A stretch of DNA of 64,000 nucleotides from an uncultured candidate division Zixibacteria bacterium (GCA_963713865.1 OY970208.1:2176001-2240000), one strand, 5' to 3'; shown: positions 19,668 through 29,434, counted from the stretch's first letter. Made by a program: numbers and translations. The notes: generated by a model from the sequence alone, not told the origin.

Positions 19668-19853
19668 AACGTCCGACCATCGTGTCGGACGTTTAAGTTC
19701 GTAGAGCAAGGCTTTTAACCTTGCTTTTTAATTACTCTGGGTTCGATAAATCGAACCCCTACCTTCGAATTTGTAGTTGCTTGATTAATCAGGCAAACGG
19801 GAGGGGACAAGCCCCTCCCCTACGAAAGATTCTTAGACCCTTTCAGGGGTGCA
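19668..19853. repeat. Array of about six different REP-like hairpins
   Basis: CGTCCGAC/GTCGGACG, AGCAAGG/CCTTGCT, GGGTTCGAT/ATCGAACCC, GGGAGGGG/CCCCTCCC, ACCCTTTCAGGG; the first, second and last recur elsewhere (22554, 43542, 22596, 43493). Confidence 0.8.
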
Positions 19854-19917
19854 TAGTATAGTGATGTATTGCCATATACCCTTATAAATATTTCGTATAA
19901 ATTTTAGGTAGGTAATT

Positions 19918-20574
19918 GTGAAAAAGAGAGTGTTACTATTTTCGATAATATTTTTATTTTTCATATCTGGATGTGAAGAGGAACAGCCAATAAAGGGACA
20001 GAAAGAGCTTGAGATCAAATATTACGATGGTAAAAAATTATCTATAATAAAAGACTTCCGGGAAAATTCCATCAAAGGACCTCAGCATATCGATAAAGAA
20101 AAATGCCGGCTTGAAATCACCGGCTTGGTCATCAATCCGAAAACCTACACTTATGACGAGGTAATAAACAACCACAAATCATACAAACAGCTGGTTGAAC
20201 TTAATTGCGTGGAGGGATGGAGTGTAAATATACTCTGGGAGGGGGTTCTGGTAAAGGATTTATTAACCGAAGCTCAGATATTACCCAGAGCAAAGGTGGT
20301 CATATTCCATTCTTATGAGGGATATTCAACCTCTTTCCCCATTGATTATATTATGAATAACGACATAATTATGGCATACAAAATGAACAATGTTACCATA
20401 CCAGCAGAAAGAGGTTTCCCTTTTCAACTTGTGGCACAGGGTAAGTGGGGATATAAGTGGATAAAATGGATAACCAGAATCGAGCTGTCTGAGGATATAA
20501 ATTATCGTGGTTACTGGGAACAAAAGGGATATTCTAATGATGGGAATTTGAATGAAGATTTTTTGGGGAAATAA
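19918..20574 (+). CDS. Molybdopterin-dependent oxidoreductase lipoprotein (sulfite oxidase/MsrP-like family)
   Basis: Lipobox ISG-C; LNCVEGWS, WEGV, GFPFQLV, WGYKWIKW, GYWE. Confidence 0.85.
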   Translation: MKKRVLLFSIIFLFFISGCEEEQPIKGQKELEIKYYDGKKLSIIKDFRENSIKGPQHIDKEKCRLEITGLVINPKTYTYDEVINNHKSYKQLVELNCVEGWSVNILWEGVLVKDLLTEAQILPRAKVVIFHSYEGYSTSFPIDYIMNNDIIMAYKMNNVTIPAERGFPFQLVAQGKWGYKWIKWITRIELSEDINYRGYWEQKGYSNDGNLNEDFLGK

Positions 20575-20713
20575 ATCTTCAAGTGTTTCTCAACGAAACT
20601 ATATAATAGAGAATATGGGCAGACACATGGGTCTGCCCCTTCAACCTATGGTCACGTCTTTTTATCCGTCATTCGTCATTTGATATTCGATATTCGTAAT
20701 TTATCTTTTTATT

Positions 20714-21514
20714 TTATCTGATCAGCCTTCTCTTCATCAGGTTTATGGACAAAATGAAGAAAAAAGGAGTGGCAACCACTATCCAGAAAAGGTTAAATAA
20801 AAGGTTCGTGGTAAATCTTCCAATAGTTAATGCCCTGGTGAGTACCACAACGTGATATAAAGGTAAAAATAGCTTGGAGACAATCTGCACCGCTTCAGGC
20901 AGGTTATGGGTGGAGAAAAATGTTCCGCTTAAAATGAACATCGGGGTGATGAATAAAAAAGAGGGATAGTTGAACGAATCTATGTTAGGGGTGATGGCGG
21001 TGAAACACATTGCCATTGCCGAGAATAAAAGCCCGACTAAAAATGCCAAAGGTGGAATGAGTAAGAACAACGGACTTGAGACCAGTCCAAAGGCAAATAC
21101 TACGCCTAAGACTATGGTGGAGTTTATCAGGCTCTTGGTAGCACCCCATAAGAGTTCACCAGCAATGACTTCTTCCAGGCTTACTGGGGTAGCGATTATT
21201 GCTCCAAAGGTTTTCTGGTAGTACATCCTGACGAAGGAGGCATAAGTGCATTCGAAAAAGGAAGAGAACATCATCGAAATTGCCACCAGGGCTGGAGCGA
21301 TAAACGCAATATAAGGCAGACCCTCTTGAGGTTGAACAAAACCTCCCAATCCGAAACCCAACCCCACTAAATAGAAAATGGGTTCAAGCAAAGGCGGGAA
21401 AAAATTGACTCTGTAAGTCTTCATAAAGACTTCGAGGTTTCTCCTCCATACCCTCCAGATACGATAACTCAGCTCCGGGACATGGAAATATGAAGCTACA
21501 TCCTTTGTTCTCAT
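20714..21514 (-). CDS. ABC-2 type permease (NodJ-like)
   Basis: YIAFIAP, ATPVS...GELLW, PMFILSGTFF. Confidence 0.9.
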   Translation of the reverse strand: MRTKDVASYFHVPELSYRIWRVWRRNLEVFMKTYRVNFFPPLLEPIFYLVGLGFGLGGFVQPQEGLPYIAFIAPALVAISMMFSSFFECTYASFVRMYYQKTFGAIIATPVSLEEVIAGELLWGATKSLINSTIVLGVVFAFGLVSSPLFLLIPPLAFLVGLLFSAMAMCFTAITPNIDSFNYPSFLFITPMFILSGTFFSTHNLPEAVQIVSKLFLPLYHVVVLTRALTIGRFTTNLLFNLFWIVVATPFFFILSINLMKRRLIR

Positions 21515-22431
21515 TCTTTTAACCGCCTGCCGGTTAATTTCAGAAACACATCTTCCAGGTTGGCATCTCTGATCATCGCTGACCTGAAGCTGTATTTATT
21601 CAGGATTTCGGTGAAAACGCCCCTGGTATGATTGGTGAAAACCTGGATCCTGTCTCCTAAAATCTCAAGTTTTGCCTCAGGAAACGTATCCTTGAGGAAT
21701 TTCAGGACATCCTCGTCACAGGCTACTTCCAATACCTCTTCTCCCGCATGTTTTTTAACTAAATCCAAAGGTCTGCCTTCCTCGATAATTTTCCCATAAT
21801 CCATAATAACAGTTCGCTCGCAGAGCTGGGCTGCTTCCTCCATATAATGGGTAGTCAGAACTATGGTGACCCCTTGTTTCTGTAAACTTCTGATTTTGTC
21901 CCAGATCAGATGCCGGGCTTGAGGGTCTAAGCCGGTGGTTGGTTCATCTAAGATAAGAATCTGCGGCTCGTTTATTAAGGATCTGGCAAGAATAAGCCTT
22001 CTTTTCATCCCTGCGGATAACTGGTCGATTATGACATCCCGTTTATCCCCTAACTGGACGAATTTCAGAAGTTCCTCTGCTCTTTTTTGAGCTTTTACTT
22101 GAGGTATGTCAAAATAGCGGGCATAGACTATGAGATTATGCAAAACCGTGAAATCCGGGTCAAGGTTATCCTCCTGCGAAGCAACGCCGATCATCTTTTT
22201 AATCTCTCTTCCCTCTCTGGTTACGTCCATACCTGAAACCGAAAGACTGCCTGAGGTTAAGGGCAACACACACTGGACCATTTGCATGGTTGTGGTCTTC
22301 CCAGCCCCATTAGGACCAAGAAAACCAAAACACTCACCTTTATATACCTGGAAGCTGATTTGGTCCACCGCTGTAAAATCTCCAAATTTTTTGGTAAGAC
22401 CCTCTGCTTTAATGAGAACTTCTGATTTCAT
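21511..22431 (-). CDS. ABC transporter ATP-binding protein (NodI/DrrA-like)
   Basis: GPNGAGKTT, LSAGMKRR, LDEPTTGLD, TTHYMEEA. Confidence 0.93.
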   Translation of the reverse strand: MKSEVLIKAEGLTKKFGDFTAVDQISFQVYKGECFGFLGPNGAGKTTTMQMVQCVLPLTSGSLSVSGMDVTREGREIKKMIGVASQEDNLDPDFTVLHNLIVYARYFDIPQVKAQKRAEELLKFVQLGDKRDVIIDQLSAGMKRRLILARSLINEPQILILDEPTTGLDPQARHLIWDKIRSLQKQGVTIVLTTHYMEEAAQLCERTVIMDYGKIIEEGRPLDLVKKHAGEEVLEVACDEDVLKFLKDTFPEAKLEILGDRIQVFTNHTRGVFTEILNKYSFRSAMIRDANLEDVFLKLTGRRLKE

Positions 22432-22668
22432 AATTTGCCTTCCTCACACCCACCAATTTATTCAGTATGAAGTGCATGCAATTTATGCTGTGGAATAAGT
22501 ATAGTCAAGATTTTTTAGGGACATGTTGCAGCCTACCCCTACCTTAAAACCGTAACGTCCGACCATCGCATCGGACGAATAAAAAAAATTTAACTCGTAG
22601 TGCGACCCTTTCAGGGTTGCATAGCAATGTAGGAGCGTATTGCGATGTGCCCCTACCATAAATAAAAT

Positions 22669-22815
22669 TTATTTCTTTTCTTCCTCTTTAATCCTTCTCA
22701 CCGAGTTCGACTGGCACTTGGGGCAGGCGCGTTCCACTAAAGGACCCTTCGGGTCAAAGGGCATTTTGAACTCATGCCCGCAGCGTAAGCATTTGAATTT
22801 GGCTTCTTCTGGCAT
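22669..22815 (-). CDS. Small zinc-ribbon/rubredoxin-like protein, 48 aa (not in ORF track)
   Basis: MPEEAKFKCLRCGHEFKMPFDPKGPLVERACPKCQSNSVRRIKEEEKK*, two CxxC knuckles. Confidence 0.8.
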   Translation of the reverse strand: MPEEAKFKCLRCGHEFKMPFDPKGPLVERACPKCQSNSVRRIKEEEKK

Positions 22816-22845
22816 AGTAAAAACAGTTTAAAAGTTTATTAATAC

Positions 22846-22933
22846 TGTCATTGCGAGCGACTGCAAGGAGCAAAGCAATCTTTTTACTATGAAGGGATTG
22901 CTTCGTCGGTCAAATGACCTCCTCACAAAGACA
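22846..22933. repeat. TGTCATTGCGA-family palindromic element
   Basis: tgtcattgcgag...aagcaatc...gattgcttcgtcg...ctcacaaagaca. Confidence 0.85.
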
Positions 22934-23043
22934 GCAAGATCAAGGGCAGACACGGAGGTCTGCCCCTACGATTTACGGTCACGAAACACGAATGACGGTC
23001 ACGTTTTTTTCTTTTCCTTTTTCCTTTTTCAGTCTTCCTTTTT

Positions 23044-25485
23044 CTATGCAGTCTTAACTGCTACCTTCACCTTCTTCGTCCCTTTTGGTTTCAGGTCTGA
23101 CAGGGCTTTTTTGGTGAACTCTATTTCCTCTTTGGTAACTATCTTCCTCATCTCTTCCATCACTCTCATCACCCGGGCAAATTTCTGACCTTCTGCCGCG
23201 CTAATCCACTCCAGCTGCAGTCTTTCCGGACGAATCCCTTTCTTCTCCAATTTATCCCACAGCCTTTCCACCCTTCTTTGAGTCCATCTATTCGCATCGA
23301 TATAATGACAGTCTGCAAAATGACACCCGGAAACCAAAACAATGGGAGCACCCTTCTGAAAAGCATATAAGACGAACTGTTCATCTACCCTGCCCGAACA
23401 CATTGTCCTGATCAGCCTTGAGGTAGTGGGATACTGCAATCTGGAGATGCCTGCCATATCTCCACCCGCATAGGAGCACCAGTTACAGGCAAAGACCACG
23501 ATCTTCTCCTCAGGGTTTTCATCTAAGATCGCATCTATCTGAGAGAAAATCTGCCTGTCAGTGAAATGCCTCATAGTGATGGCACCAAAAGGACACTCCG
23601 CTCCGCAGGTTCCACACCCGGCACAGGCCGCCTCGATTATCTCCGCCGGAATTTTCTTTTCACGATCGACAATTATTGATTTAAAGGGACAGGCACGGTA
23701 GCAGATCTCGCAGGCAGTACAGATTTCTTTATCTACAATCGAGGTAATGGCTTCAATTTCTAATTTATCTGAGGCTAATATAATTCCCGCACGTGCTGCT
23801 GCAGCAGATGCCTGGGTTACGCTGTCCTTTACATCTTTAGGAGACTCAGCTACTCCTGCGAAGAAGACCCCTTTGGTAGGAGCATCTATCGGTTTTAATT
23901 TGGGATGTGATTCCATATAAAATCCATCCTGGGTTCGGGAAAGAGTCAAAAGCTGCTGGATAGGGTCATTTTTCCATTTAGGCTCGTATCCGATAGATAA
24001 CACCAGCATGTCCAAATTATGCTTTTCCACCTTCCCGGTGGTGGTGTTCTCTACGGAAAGCAGAAGATTTTTGGTTTCAGGATCTTCCTCTATGTCGCCA
24101 GGGATTCCTCGAATATATTTTACTCCTGCCTCCTTGCTTCTTTTATAAAGGTCCTCAAACCCCTTGCCGAACGTCCGCATGTCCATATAGAAGACTTTCG
24201 CCTCTATGTCCGGATAATGGTCCTTTAAAAGCACTGTATCCTTAACCGTATTCATACAGCAGATATTACTGCAGTAAGGGTTCCCTCTCTTCTCCGAGCG
24301 TGAGCCTACGCACTGGATAAAACCGATGGTTTTAGGGGCTTGGTGATCAGCCGGTCTGATGAAATGCCCGCCAGTTGGACCTCCGGCGCAGATAAGCCTT
24401 TCAAATTCCAGACTGGTGATTACGTTCTCAAAGCGGGTGTAACCGTATTCATCTAATTGAGTGGGGTCATAAATATCCAAGCCCGTAGCGGCGATTATCG
24501 CCCCTACTTCTACATCGATTATCTGATCCTGCATATCGTAATCGATACATTTCTTCTCGCATACCTCAGCGCATTTCCCGCAGGCAATAGGATTATTCCC
24601 CAGACAATCATTCATATTTATCAGATAAGCAGAAGGGACGGCTTGAGGGAGTTGTATATAAATAGCTTTGCGCGAGGAGAAACCCATCTGGTATTCATCC
24701 GGCACTGCAACCGGACAAACCTTAACGCATTCTGCGCAGGAATTGCACTTGGTCTCATCCACATACCGGGCTTTTTTCCTGATCTTAACCTTAAAATTTC
24801 CAATATAACCTGAGACTTTTTCAACTTCACTGTAAGCGTAGAGCTTAATCTTCGGATGTCGACCGACATCCATCATCTTCGGTCCCAGAATTCATATGGA
24901 ACAGTCCATCGTGGGATAGGTCTTATCAATTTGTGCCATTATCCCGCCAATAGAAGGGTCTTTTTCAACCAAATAGACCTGATAACCGGTATCCGCTAAA
25001 TCTAAAGCGGCTTGAATTCCCGCTACACCTCCACCGATAACCAGAGCTTTATTCGTAACTGGAACTACCTTCTCAATCTGCGGCTCTAAAAACCTTGCAC
25101 GTGCTACTCCGATTTTCACCATATCCTTTGCCTTATCCGTAGCACCTTTCCTGTCGTGCAGATGTACCCAGGAACAATGCTCTCTCAGATTTACCATCTC
25201 CAGTAAATATGGATTCACGCCCACATCTGCCACGCAGGCTCTGAAAGTAGGCTCATGCATTCTGGGAGAACAGGAAGCCACCACTACCCGGTTGAGATTA
25301 TTTTCTTTGACATACCTTTTGATCTCATTCTGTCCCGGGTCCGCGCAGGTATATTTGTTCAAAACCGAAACCTTTACATCCGGTAGGGTCTCAGCAAATT
25401 TCCTGACCTCTTCGCAGTCTAAAGAGCCAGCGATATTCAGCCCGCATTCACACACGAAAACCCCGACCCTCAACTCTTCTGCCAA
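23044..25485 (-). CDS. hdrA: HdrA-MvhD fusion, probable selenoprotein (about 813 aa; TGA at 24892-24894 read as Sec)
   Basis: ORFs 24892-25494 and 23044-24876 are in frame: ...[25 protein letters not shown]. HdrA motifs [41 protein letters not shown]-terminal MvhD motifs [32 protein letters not shown] 25485 is 8 nt after AGGAGG. Confidence 0.92.
24853..24894 (-). promoter_or_regulatory. Bacterial SECIS-like hairpin after the in-frame UGA of hdrA-mvhD
   Basis: UGA, then stem GGAUGUC / loop GGUC / GACAUCC; loop starts 27 nt after UGA. Confidence 0.75.
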
Positions 25486-25487
25486 GC

Positions 25488-25558
25488 TACTCACCTCCTA
25501 TGGCTAAAGCCAAAAGTAAAGTTAAATTCATGATATCGTTTTTTTAGTTCTTATTCTT
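25488..25558. repeat. Degenerate copy of the hdrD 3' end (direct repeat of 27066-27136)
   Basis: 30-bp exact match TACTCACCTCCTATGGCTAAAGCCAAAAGT (25488-25517 = 27066-27095) plus ~40 bp of decayed match; reads [16 protein letters not shown] versus [16 protein letters not shown]. Confidence 0.9.
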
Positions 25559-25591
25559 GGCTATTATTGCATAAATGCATATTAATACCTT

Positions 25592-26209
25592 TTATAAAAA
25601 TCTTTCATAACAATCTTTAATAACTATAATAACCTGTTTTCTCAATAATTTATTATTCCACCATATTATTAGACATATAACAGTGGAAGTTATCCCTACT
25701 AATAGGAATCTCATGAATTCGATTTGAACTGTAGAAATTAATAAACAATACGCAAATGCTGCGATTAATGCAAGTGGAGTTGCGATAATTAATGAAAAGT
25801 CTATCGAAATAAAATCCATCCGCTTTCTGACCCACTCGCGTAACCATTCATATCTTTTTAATTTTTCGATATCTTCCAGTTTATCAGTTTTTGTAGTAAG
25901 GATTACAGTATGAGCTTCGATGACTGGTTCGTCCTCAACAGCTGGACTAAACTGTTTATTTGCTTTCCTTAAAGCTGACCTAGACATACCCAGACAAGGA
26001 AGCCACAAATATAAACACTGTTGAAATGCAGATAAAATGTAACCTGCTGGAATAAAAGAAACACCTGCTATTACGCCAATATCACGAAAAGAATTTTCAG
26101 TTTGAGTTAGTAAACAGGGAGATATCGCCCAAATCCATCCGATTACAAGCCCCCAAAAATATGCTCCTGGAATTCCATTTCGTTCAAACCAGTTCACTCT
26201 ATTCTCCAA
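25592..26209 (-). CDS. Hypothetical membrane protein (about four TM segments)
   Basis: 205-aa ORF with two hydrophobic pairs flanking a charged loop; start may be GTG 26197. Confidence 0.65.
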   Translation of the reverse strand: MENRVNWFERNGIPGAYFWGLVIGWIWAISPCLLTQTENSFRDIGVIAGVSFIPAGYILSAFQQCLYLWLPCLGMSRSALRKANKQFSPAVEDEPVIEAHTVILTTKTDKLEDIEKLKRYEWLREWVRKRMDFISIDFSLIIATPLALIAAFAYCLLISTVQIEFMRFLLVGITSTVICLIIWWNNKLLRKQVIIVIKDCYERFL

Positions 26210-26219
26210 TGGCTAAAGC
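26199..26219. repeat. Third, short copy of the hdrD 3'-end sequence
   Basis: Minus strand GCTTTAGCCATTGGAGAATAG (ALAIGE*) versus GCTTTAGCCATAGGAGGTGAGTAA (ALAIGGE*). Confidence 0.6.
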
Positions 26220-26244
26220 ATATGTTATTTTAAAATATTTCATC

Positions 26245-27072
26245 TCATTTCGTTGTTGTGCTAACATATTTCCCCCAATTTTCTAATAATTCTTCTTTAC
26301 TAATATTGTTATCATTAATGATAGGGCTTATCAATTCTATCTTTTCTTCCATCAAATATTTTTTATCAACTCTCTCCAAAAAACTGATCAGTGAATCTCT
26401 AACCCATATAATATTTTCATAAGCAGTCTTCGCGCATTCATAGTTAAAAGAAGAAAAATCTTTTCCTATCTTCGAGATTGGCCAAAAATTATCTGGAAAA
26501 TTATCAGTAAGTTCATGCACTCTATCGGGCTTTAGTTTAGCTAGTACCATGAATGGTTCAGGTTTACCATGCATAATAGAATTCCTTATCTCCACCAATT
26601 CCTCGAAAAGACTAAATGCCTTTGTATTCTTTCTAAAATAGACCGCAGGTGGCGACAGTTGAGAGTTGCATAGAGTCGGTAGAAAATAGACCTTATCTAC
26701 AAGACGCCAGTAATCAATATGATTTTTTCTCTGGTGTCTACTCAGTAGATTCTTAGGCAGATCATCTTTTGCTCTAATAGAGAAATCTTTTAAAACATTA
26801 TTAGCAAATGCCTCAATTCCAGCTATACCCATAATAAAACAAGCTCTGGATGCAGACTTTTCTTTCATCCATAAATCTTGATTGAATTCTTGTGGTTTTG
26901 ATGGATCTTGTCCATGAACTTTTTGATACAATTCTCGTGCCTCATTGTAATAATATTCCATGCTATAAAATAGCGACTGGAATGGACGTCTAATATATTT
27001 AGCGAATTGCCACGGCATAGTAAATTCTTTTGTGTCAGGGTGAGATCCTGACATAATTTGAAATTTACTCAC
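26245..27072 (-). CDS. Hypothetical protein with a HEPN-like RxxxxH motif
   Basis: 275 aa, AT-rich; helical SRACFIMGIAGIEAFAN and ELVEIRNSIMHG. Confidence 0.6.
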   Translation of the reverse strand: MSKFQIMSGSHPDTKEFTMPWQFAKYIRRPFQSLFYSMEYYYNEARELYQKVHGQDPSKPQEFNQDLWMKEKSASRACFIMGIAGIEAFANNVLKDFSIRAKDDLPKNLLSRHQRKNHIDYWRLVDKVYFLPTLCNSQLSPPAVYFRKNTKAFSLFEELVEIRNSIMHGKPEPFMVLAKLKPDRVHELTDNFPDNFWPISKIGKDFSSFNYECAKTAYENIIWVRDSLISFLERVDKKYLMEEKIELISPIINDNNISKEELLENWGKYVSTTTK

Positions 27073-28216
27073 CTCCTATGGCTAAAGCCAAAAGTGTAGT
27101 TAAGTCTATAATATCAATTTTTAATTCTTCTTTCTTTTTCCCCTTTTCTTTTTCTGAACCAGACTGAGCACACTTAAAATGAATCTGGCATTTTGGACAG
27201 GCAGTTACCAGTATCTCTGCTCCAGTTGACCTTGCCTCTTTCAACCTTTCATCTTGAATCTTTTTGGAAGAAGCATCACAGTTTATCCAACCAACAGTAC
27301 CACAGCAGATAGCTTTAGCACCGCTTCTTTTCATCTCTTTAAAATCTACCCCTTTAATGCTGTTAATGACCTTACGGGGAGCTTCATATATGTTCATAAA
27401 TCTGCCCAATCTGCAGGGATCCTGGAAGGTAACTTTTTTATCCAGACCTTTTATTTTTATCTGGGGTAATCTTTCAGCTAAAAACTCGGAGATATGCATA
27501 ACCTCATAGTCAACTTTTCCCACCAAATCCGGATAATCTATTTTCAGGGTCATAAAACATTCCGGACAGGAAGTGATGATTTTCTTAGCCCCGGTTTTTT
27601 TAATCCCGTTTATATTATGTTGAGCTAATTTTTTGAAATTCTCAAAATCCCCGGTCCATAAAAGATCGTGCCCGCAGCACCTCTCATTGGGCATAATCTG
27701 AGGCTCTACTCCTAAGAGATTTAAGATTTTTAAAGTTGAGCGAGCAATATCCAGAGAACTGGCTTTAATATCTGAGAAGAATGTGTCAAAATAGGGCAGA
27801 CAGCCAACAAAGTAAAGATATTCGCCATTTTTTGAAGTTTTTAAATCGGGAGTTATCCAGCCAGTTCTGTCCTGATTCAATTCTGGTGCAGTCATTATCT
27901 TCATAAGAGAATGCAAAGCCCCACCGTGAGAGCATTTCCCTTCCTCGCCAATTTTCTTAGCCTCAAACCTTAGAAGCTTGGTGAACTCAACATAATCCAC
28001 GTCCGAAGGGCAGATATCCTGACACCTCCTGCAGGTCAGACAACTCCATAATCCTGCATCCTGCAAGACATAATCATCTGAGCGGTTCACCGTCAGAGTT
28101 ACCAGTTTTCTCGGAGAATATCCATTCTTGACATTAGCAATCGGGCAAACCGCAGTACATTTACCGCAATCAAGACAATAATAGGCTTTGGTTTTTTTGA
28201 TGATATCTTCTTTCAT
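27065..28216 (-). CDS. HdrD/GlpC-like Fe-S oxidoreductase (2x[4Fe-4S] plus two CCG domains)
   Basis: CLDCGKCTAVCP, WSCLTCRRCQDICP, YFVGC, ERCCG, SCPEC, QDPCRLGR, ICCG, ACPKC. Confidence 0.92.
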   Translation of the reverse strand: MKEDIIKKTKAYYCLDCGKCTAVCPIANVKNGYSPRKLVTLTVNRSDDYVLQDAGLWSCLTCRRCQDICPSDVDYVEFTKLLRFEAKKIGEEGKCSHGGALHSLMKIMTAPELNQDRTGWITPDLKTSKNGEYLYFVGCLPYFDTFFSDIKASSLDIARSTLKILNLLGVEPQIMPNERCCGHDLLWTGDFENFKKLAQHNINGIKKTGAKKIITSCPECFMTLKIDYPDLVGKVDYEVMHISEFLAERLPQIKIKGLDKKVTFQDPCRLGRFMNIYEAPRKVINSIKGVDFKEMKRSGAKAICCGTVGWINCDASSKKIQDERLKEARSTGAEILVTACPKCQIHFKCAQSGSEKEKGKKKEELKIDIIDLTTLLALAIGGE

Positions 28217-28262
28217 AATTTTGCTTTTCGTTTTTGGCTGTTCGCTGTTCGATATTTGATGG

Positions 28263-28367
28263 TGTCATTGCGAGCGATTCCGTAATTTGCTGGAGAGCGA
28301 AGCAATCTGTTTACCCAGATTGGGCGGATTGCTTCGTCGTCCCCTACGGGAACTCCTCGCAATGACA
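28263..28367. repeat. TGTCATTGCGA-family palindromic element
   Basis: tgtcattgcgag...gaagcaatc...gattgcttcgtcg...ctcgcaatgaca. Confidence 0.88.
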
Positions 28368-28405
28368 GCTTTCATCTATCCTTCATTCATCATTTATTTT
28401 TCCCC

Positions 28406-28849
28406 TTAAACCTTTGAACTATTGAACTTTTGAACCTTTCTTAATGGGCTCGGTCCTACTTTCTTCACGTCCTCCACGAACTCCTTGATCAGTTGAGCCC
28501 ATCTCCCGCCTTCTGCGGCTGAGACCCATTCCAGTCTCAATCTTTCCTTTTCTATCCCTAACATCTTCACTAAATTCTTGGTAATCTCGAACTGCTCCAC
28601 TGCCCGGTAATTTCCGAAAACGTAATGGCAATCCCCGAAATGGCAACCTGACCACATCACCCCATCTGCACCTAATTCAAATGCTTTCAAAATAAAAGCA
28701 GGCCTGACCCTTCCTGAACACATCACCCGGATTAGCCTGACATTTGGAGGATACTGCAATCTGCCTACCCCGGCTGTATCCGCACCCGCATAAGAACACC
28801 AGTTGCAGGCAAACACTATAATTTTAGGCTTGAATATCTTTTCCGTCAT
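28406..28849 (-). CDS. mvhD: MvhD-like [2Fe-2S] subunit
   Basis: [35 protein letters not shown]. Confidence 0.93.
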   Translation of the reverse strand: MTEKIFKPKIIVFACNWCSYAGADTAGVGRLQYPPNVRLIRVMCSGRVRPAFILKAFELGADGVMWSGCHFGDCHYVFGNYRAVEQFEITKNLVKMLGIEKERLRLEWVSAAEGGRWAQLIKEFVEDVKKVGPSPLRKVQKFNSSKV

Positions 28850-28855
28850 AATTGT

Positions 28856-29344
28856 TTACTCCCCGAAAAAAGTCTGAGCAAAAATCCCGGCTATCGGTGG
28901 AAAGATAAGGGTAGATAAAAATCTCACTATCGCAACTTTAGGACCGATTATCGCCACCTCCACAGGAATCCTGTAAACCTGCCATAAAGACCAGGCAGCC
29001 ACAAAACCAACAACTGCACCCAGACTGGCACCTGCCTTATAAAACCCTGCTACAATGGGAAAGGATATGTAAGGTGCGCCCGGGGTTAAAGCTCCAGCCA
29101 CACAACCGATTAGAATCCCCTTATATCCAGACTCAGTTCCAATCCATCTGGCTATCACCTCTTTTGGAATCAAAACCTGCATCAAACCTGCAATGGCAAA
29201 GGAAACAATTAGAATGGGCAGGATGCTGATGAACATCTTCCCACCGTTTTTAAGCCCAGCCAGTGGTAAGTCTGAACTTTTTATATAGGCTATCACACAC
29301 AATATTATAGCCAGCACAATCATCACCCAGGTCGCACCAGACAT
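28856..29344 (-). CDS. Predicted permease (DUF318/ArsP-like half)
   Basis: GILIGCVAGALTPGAPYISFPI...GAS; hydrophobic; start ATG 29344 (the longer ORF start lies in a REP). Confidence 0.75.
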   Translation of the reverse strand: MSGATWVMIVLAIILCVIAYIKSSDLPLAGLKNGGKMFISILPILIVSFAIAGLMQVLIPKEVIARWIGTESGYKGILIGCVAGALTPGAPYISFPIVAGFYKAGASLGAVVGFVAAWSLWQVYRIPVEVAIIGPKVAIVRFLSTLIFPPIAGIFAQTFFGE

Positions 29345-29372
29345 TTTATTTTCCTTTATGTTTTCTGAATCC

Positions 29373-29434
29373 GCGTAGGGGCGGAGTTTACCTCCGCCCT
29401 TGGGGACGGGTGGAGACAAGCTCCACCCCTACGC
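29373..29434. repeat. REP doublet (REPIN-like) downstream of the RAYT
   Basis: GCGTAG-GGGCGGAG tttac CTCCGCCC...GGGTGGAG acaag CTCCACCC-CTACGC; near-identical to 29911-29972. Confidence 0.9.

Noticed and set aside
19668-19853. CRISPR array in the hairpin-rich spacers
   Set aside because: Units differ from each other, spacing is irregular, and no cas genes are present; these are REP-like.
25488-27136. Classical integron or prophage
   Set aside because: No tyrosine/serine recombinase, phage genes or attC-like palindromes; kept only as a direct-repeat-bounded insertion.
28406-28849. Selenocysteine in MvhD, HdrB, HdrC or HdrD
   Set aside because: All expected Cys positions are ordinary Cys codons in uninterrupted frames.
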